Virus genome (UHGV): UHGV-0229226 | Strand: one strand, 5' to 3' | DNA: 26,755 bases | Origin: a virus | Shown here: positions 26,282-26,755 of the stretch, one piece after another | How positions within the stretch are numbered: the stretch's first letter is position 1 | How the letters are laid out: each line of letters opens with the position of its first letter | Program-made: the position numbers and the translations under genes | Notes under the pieces: model-generated | What the model saw: the letters and a program-made list of their open reading frames with translations, nothing else | What the model was told of the DNA's origin: nothing | Database searches by the model: none

Positions 26282-26465
26282 TACAAATCAATGGTGTGGA
26301 CAATTCAAACGATGCAATGGATGCAAGCTGCAATCGGAATGCATGGTTAAGCCTGAAGAAATGTTTCCTGTAATGGAAGATGGGAAATATGTCGATAAAT
26401 GGGCAATACGAACGACGGCAATGATTGCCAGAGAACTTGGTAAACAGAACAACAAAGCTGCCTGA
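26265..26465 (+). CDS. ral: Restriction alleviation protein Ral
   Basis: 66 aa, MTTTIDTNQWCGQFKRCNGCKLQSECMVKPEEMFPVMEDGKYVDKWAIRTTAMIARELGKQNNKAA, near-identical to lambda Ral as I recall it. Confidence 0.85.
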   Translation: MTTTIDTNQWCGQFKRCNGCKLQSECMVKPEEMFPVMEDGKYVDKWAIRTTAMIARELGKQNNKAA

Positions 26466-26511
26466 TAGTGGCCTTTATTTTTGGCATAAATAACAGAATA
26501 AACACTGCACT

Positions 26512-26539
26512 GTGTATTCATTCCAACGAGTGAATACAC
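26512..26539 (+). repeat. Perfect 9-bp inverted repeat GTGTATTCA ... TGAATACAC
   Basis: Arms at 26512-26520 and 26531-26539 with a 10-nt spacer, in the gap downstream of ral. Could be an RNA hairpin or a protein-binding palindrome. Confidence 0.5.
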
Positions 26540-26601
26540 GGAGCAATGTCGCTCGTAACTAAACAGGAGCCGACTTGTTCTGATTATTGGAAATCTTCTT
26601 T

Positions 26602-26629
26602 GCCCTCCAGTGTGAGGGCGATTTTTTAT
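26602..26629 (+). terminator. Rho-independent terminator downstream of ral
   Basis: GCCCTC-CAGTGT-GAGGGC hairpin followed by GATTTTTTAT. Confidence 0.5.
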
Positions 26630-26647
26630 CTATGAGGATATGAATAG

Positions 26648-26755
26648 ATGTCAAACATCAAAAAATACATCATTGATTACGACTGGAAAGCATCAATAGA
26701 AATTGAAATTGACCATGACGTAATGACAGAGGAAAAACTTCACCAGATTAATAAT
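26648..26755 (+). CDS. Hypothetical protein, partial (continues beyond the window end)
   Basis: ATG at 26648 preceded by GAGGA; reads MSNIKKYIIDYDWKASIEIEIDHDVMTEEKLHQINN... and is open to the window end. AT-rich. Not lambda cIII. Confidence 0.4.
   Translation, partial: MSNIKKYIIDYDWKASIEIEIDHDVMTEEKLHQINN

Noticed and set aside
1-26755. Searched for integrase, attachment sites, IS elements, tRNA and rRNA genes
   Set aside because: No ORF with integrase or transposase features and no tRNA-like structure was recognisable. The window appears to be internal to the prophage, so its ends and integration site cannot be assessed.

Overview
This window is a large internal segment of a mosaic lambdoid prophage of an enterobacterium (E. 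coli-like); no integrase or attachment site lies inside it. All calls are from reading the sequence and the ORF track by eye against remembered phage protein sequences; no database search was run. Most genes run on the minus strand, in lambda order read from high to low coordinates. From 22.6 kb down to 17.3 kb: cro, cII, O (with the ori iterons inside it), P, ren, a probable tR2-like terminator, ninB, a Dam-type methylase, ninE, a hypothetical gene, a ybcO-like gene remnant, rusA, a small ylcG-like ORF and a Q antiterminator. A porin gene (NmpC/Lc-like) sits on the opposite strand between Q and the lysis cassette. From 15.5 kb down to the window start: a phage-21-type lysis cassette (dual-start holin, SAR endolysin, Rz with embedded Rz1), a GNAT-like gene on the plus strand with its own terminator, an HNH endonuclease, a probable cos region, terminase small and large subunits, an HK97-type head module, and lambda-like tail genes (major tail, G/GT chaperone with an A-AAA-AAG frameshift site, tape measure, M, and L truncated at the edge). 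On the plus strand from 22.7 kb upward: cI repressor, a two-gene operon in the rexAB position, a terminator, PL/OL, nutL and N; then sieB (minus strand), orf28, ral and a partial unknown gene. The most interesting candidate for an undescribed system is the low-GC, translationally coupled two-gene cassette directly downstream of cI (23438-24744); neither protein resembles a family I can name.
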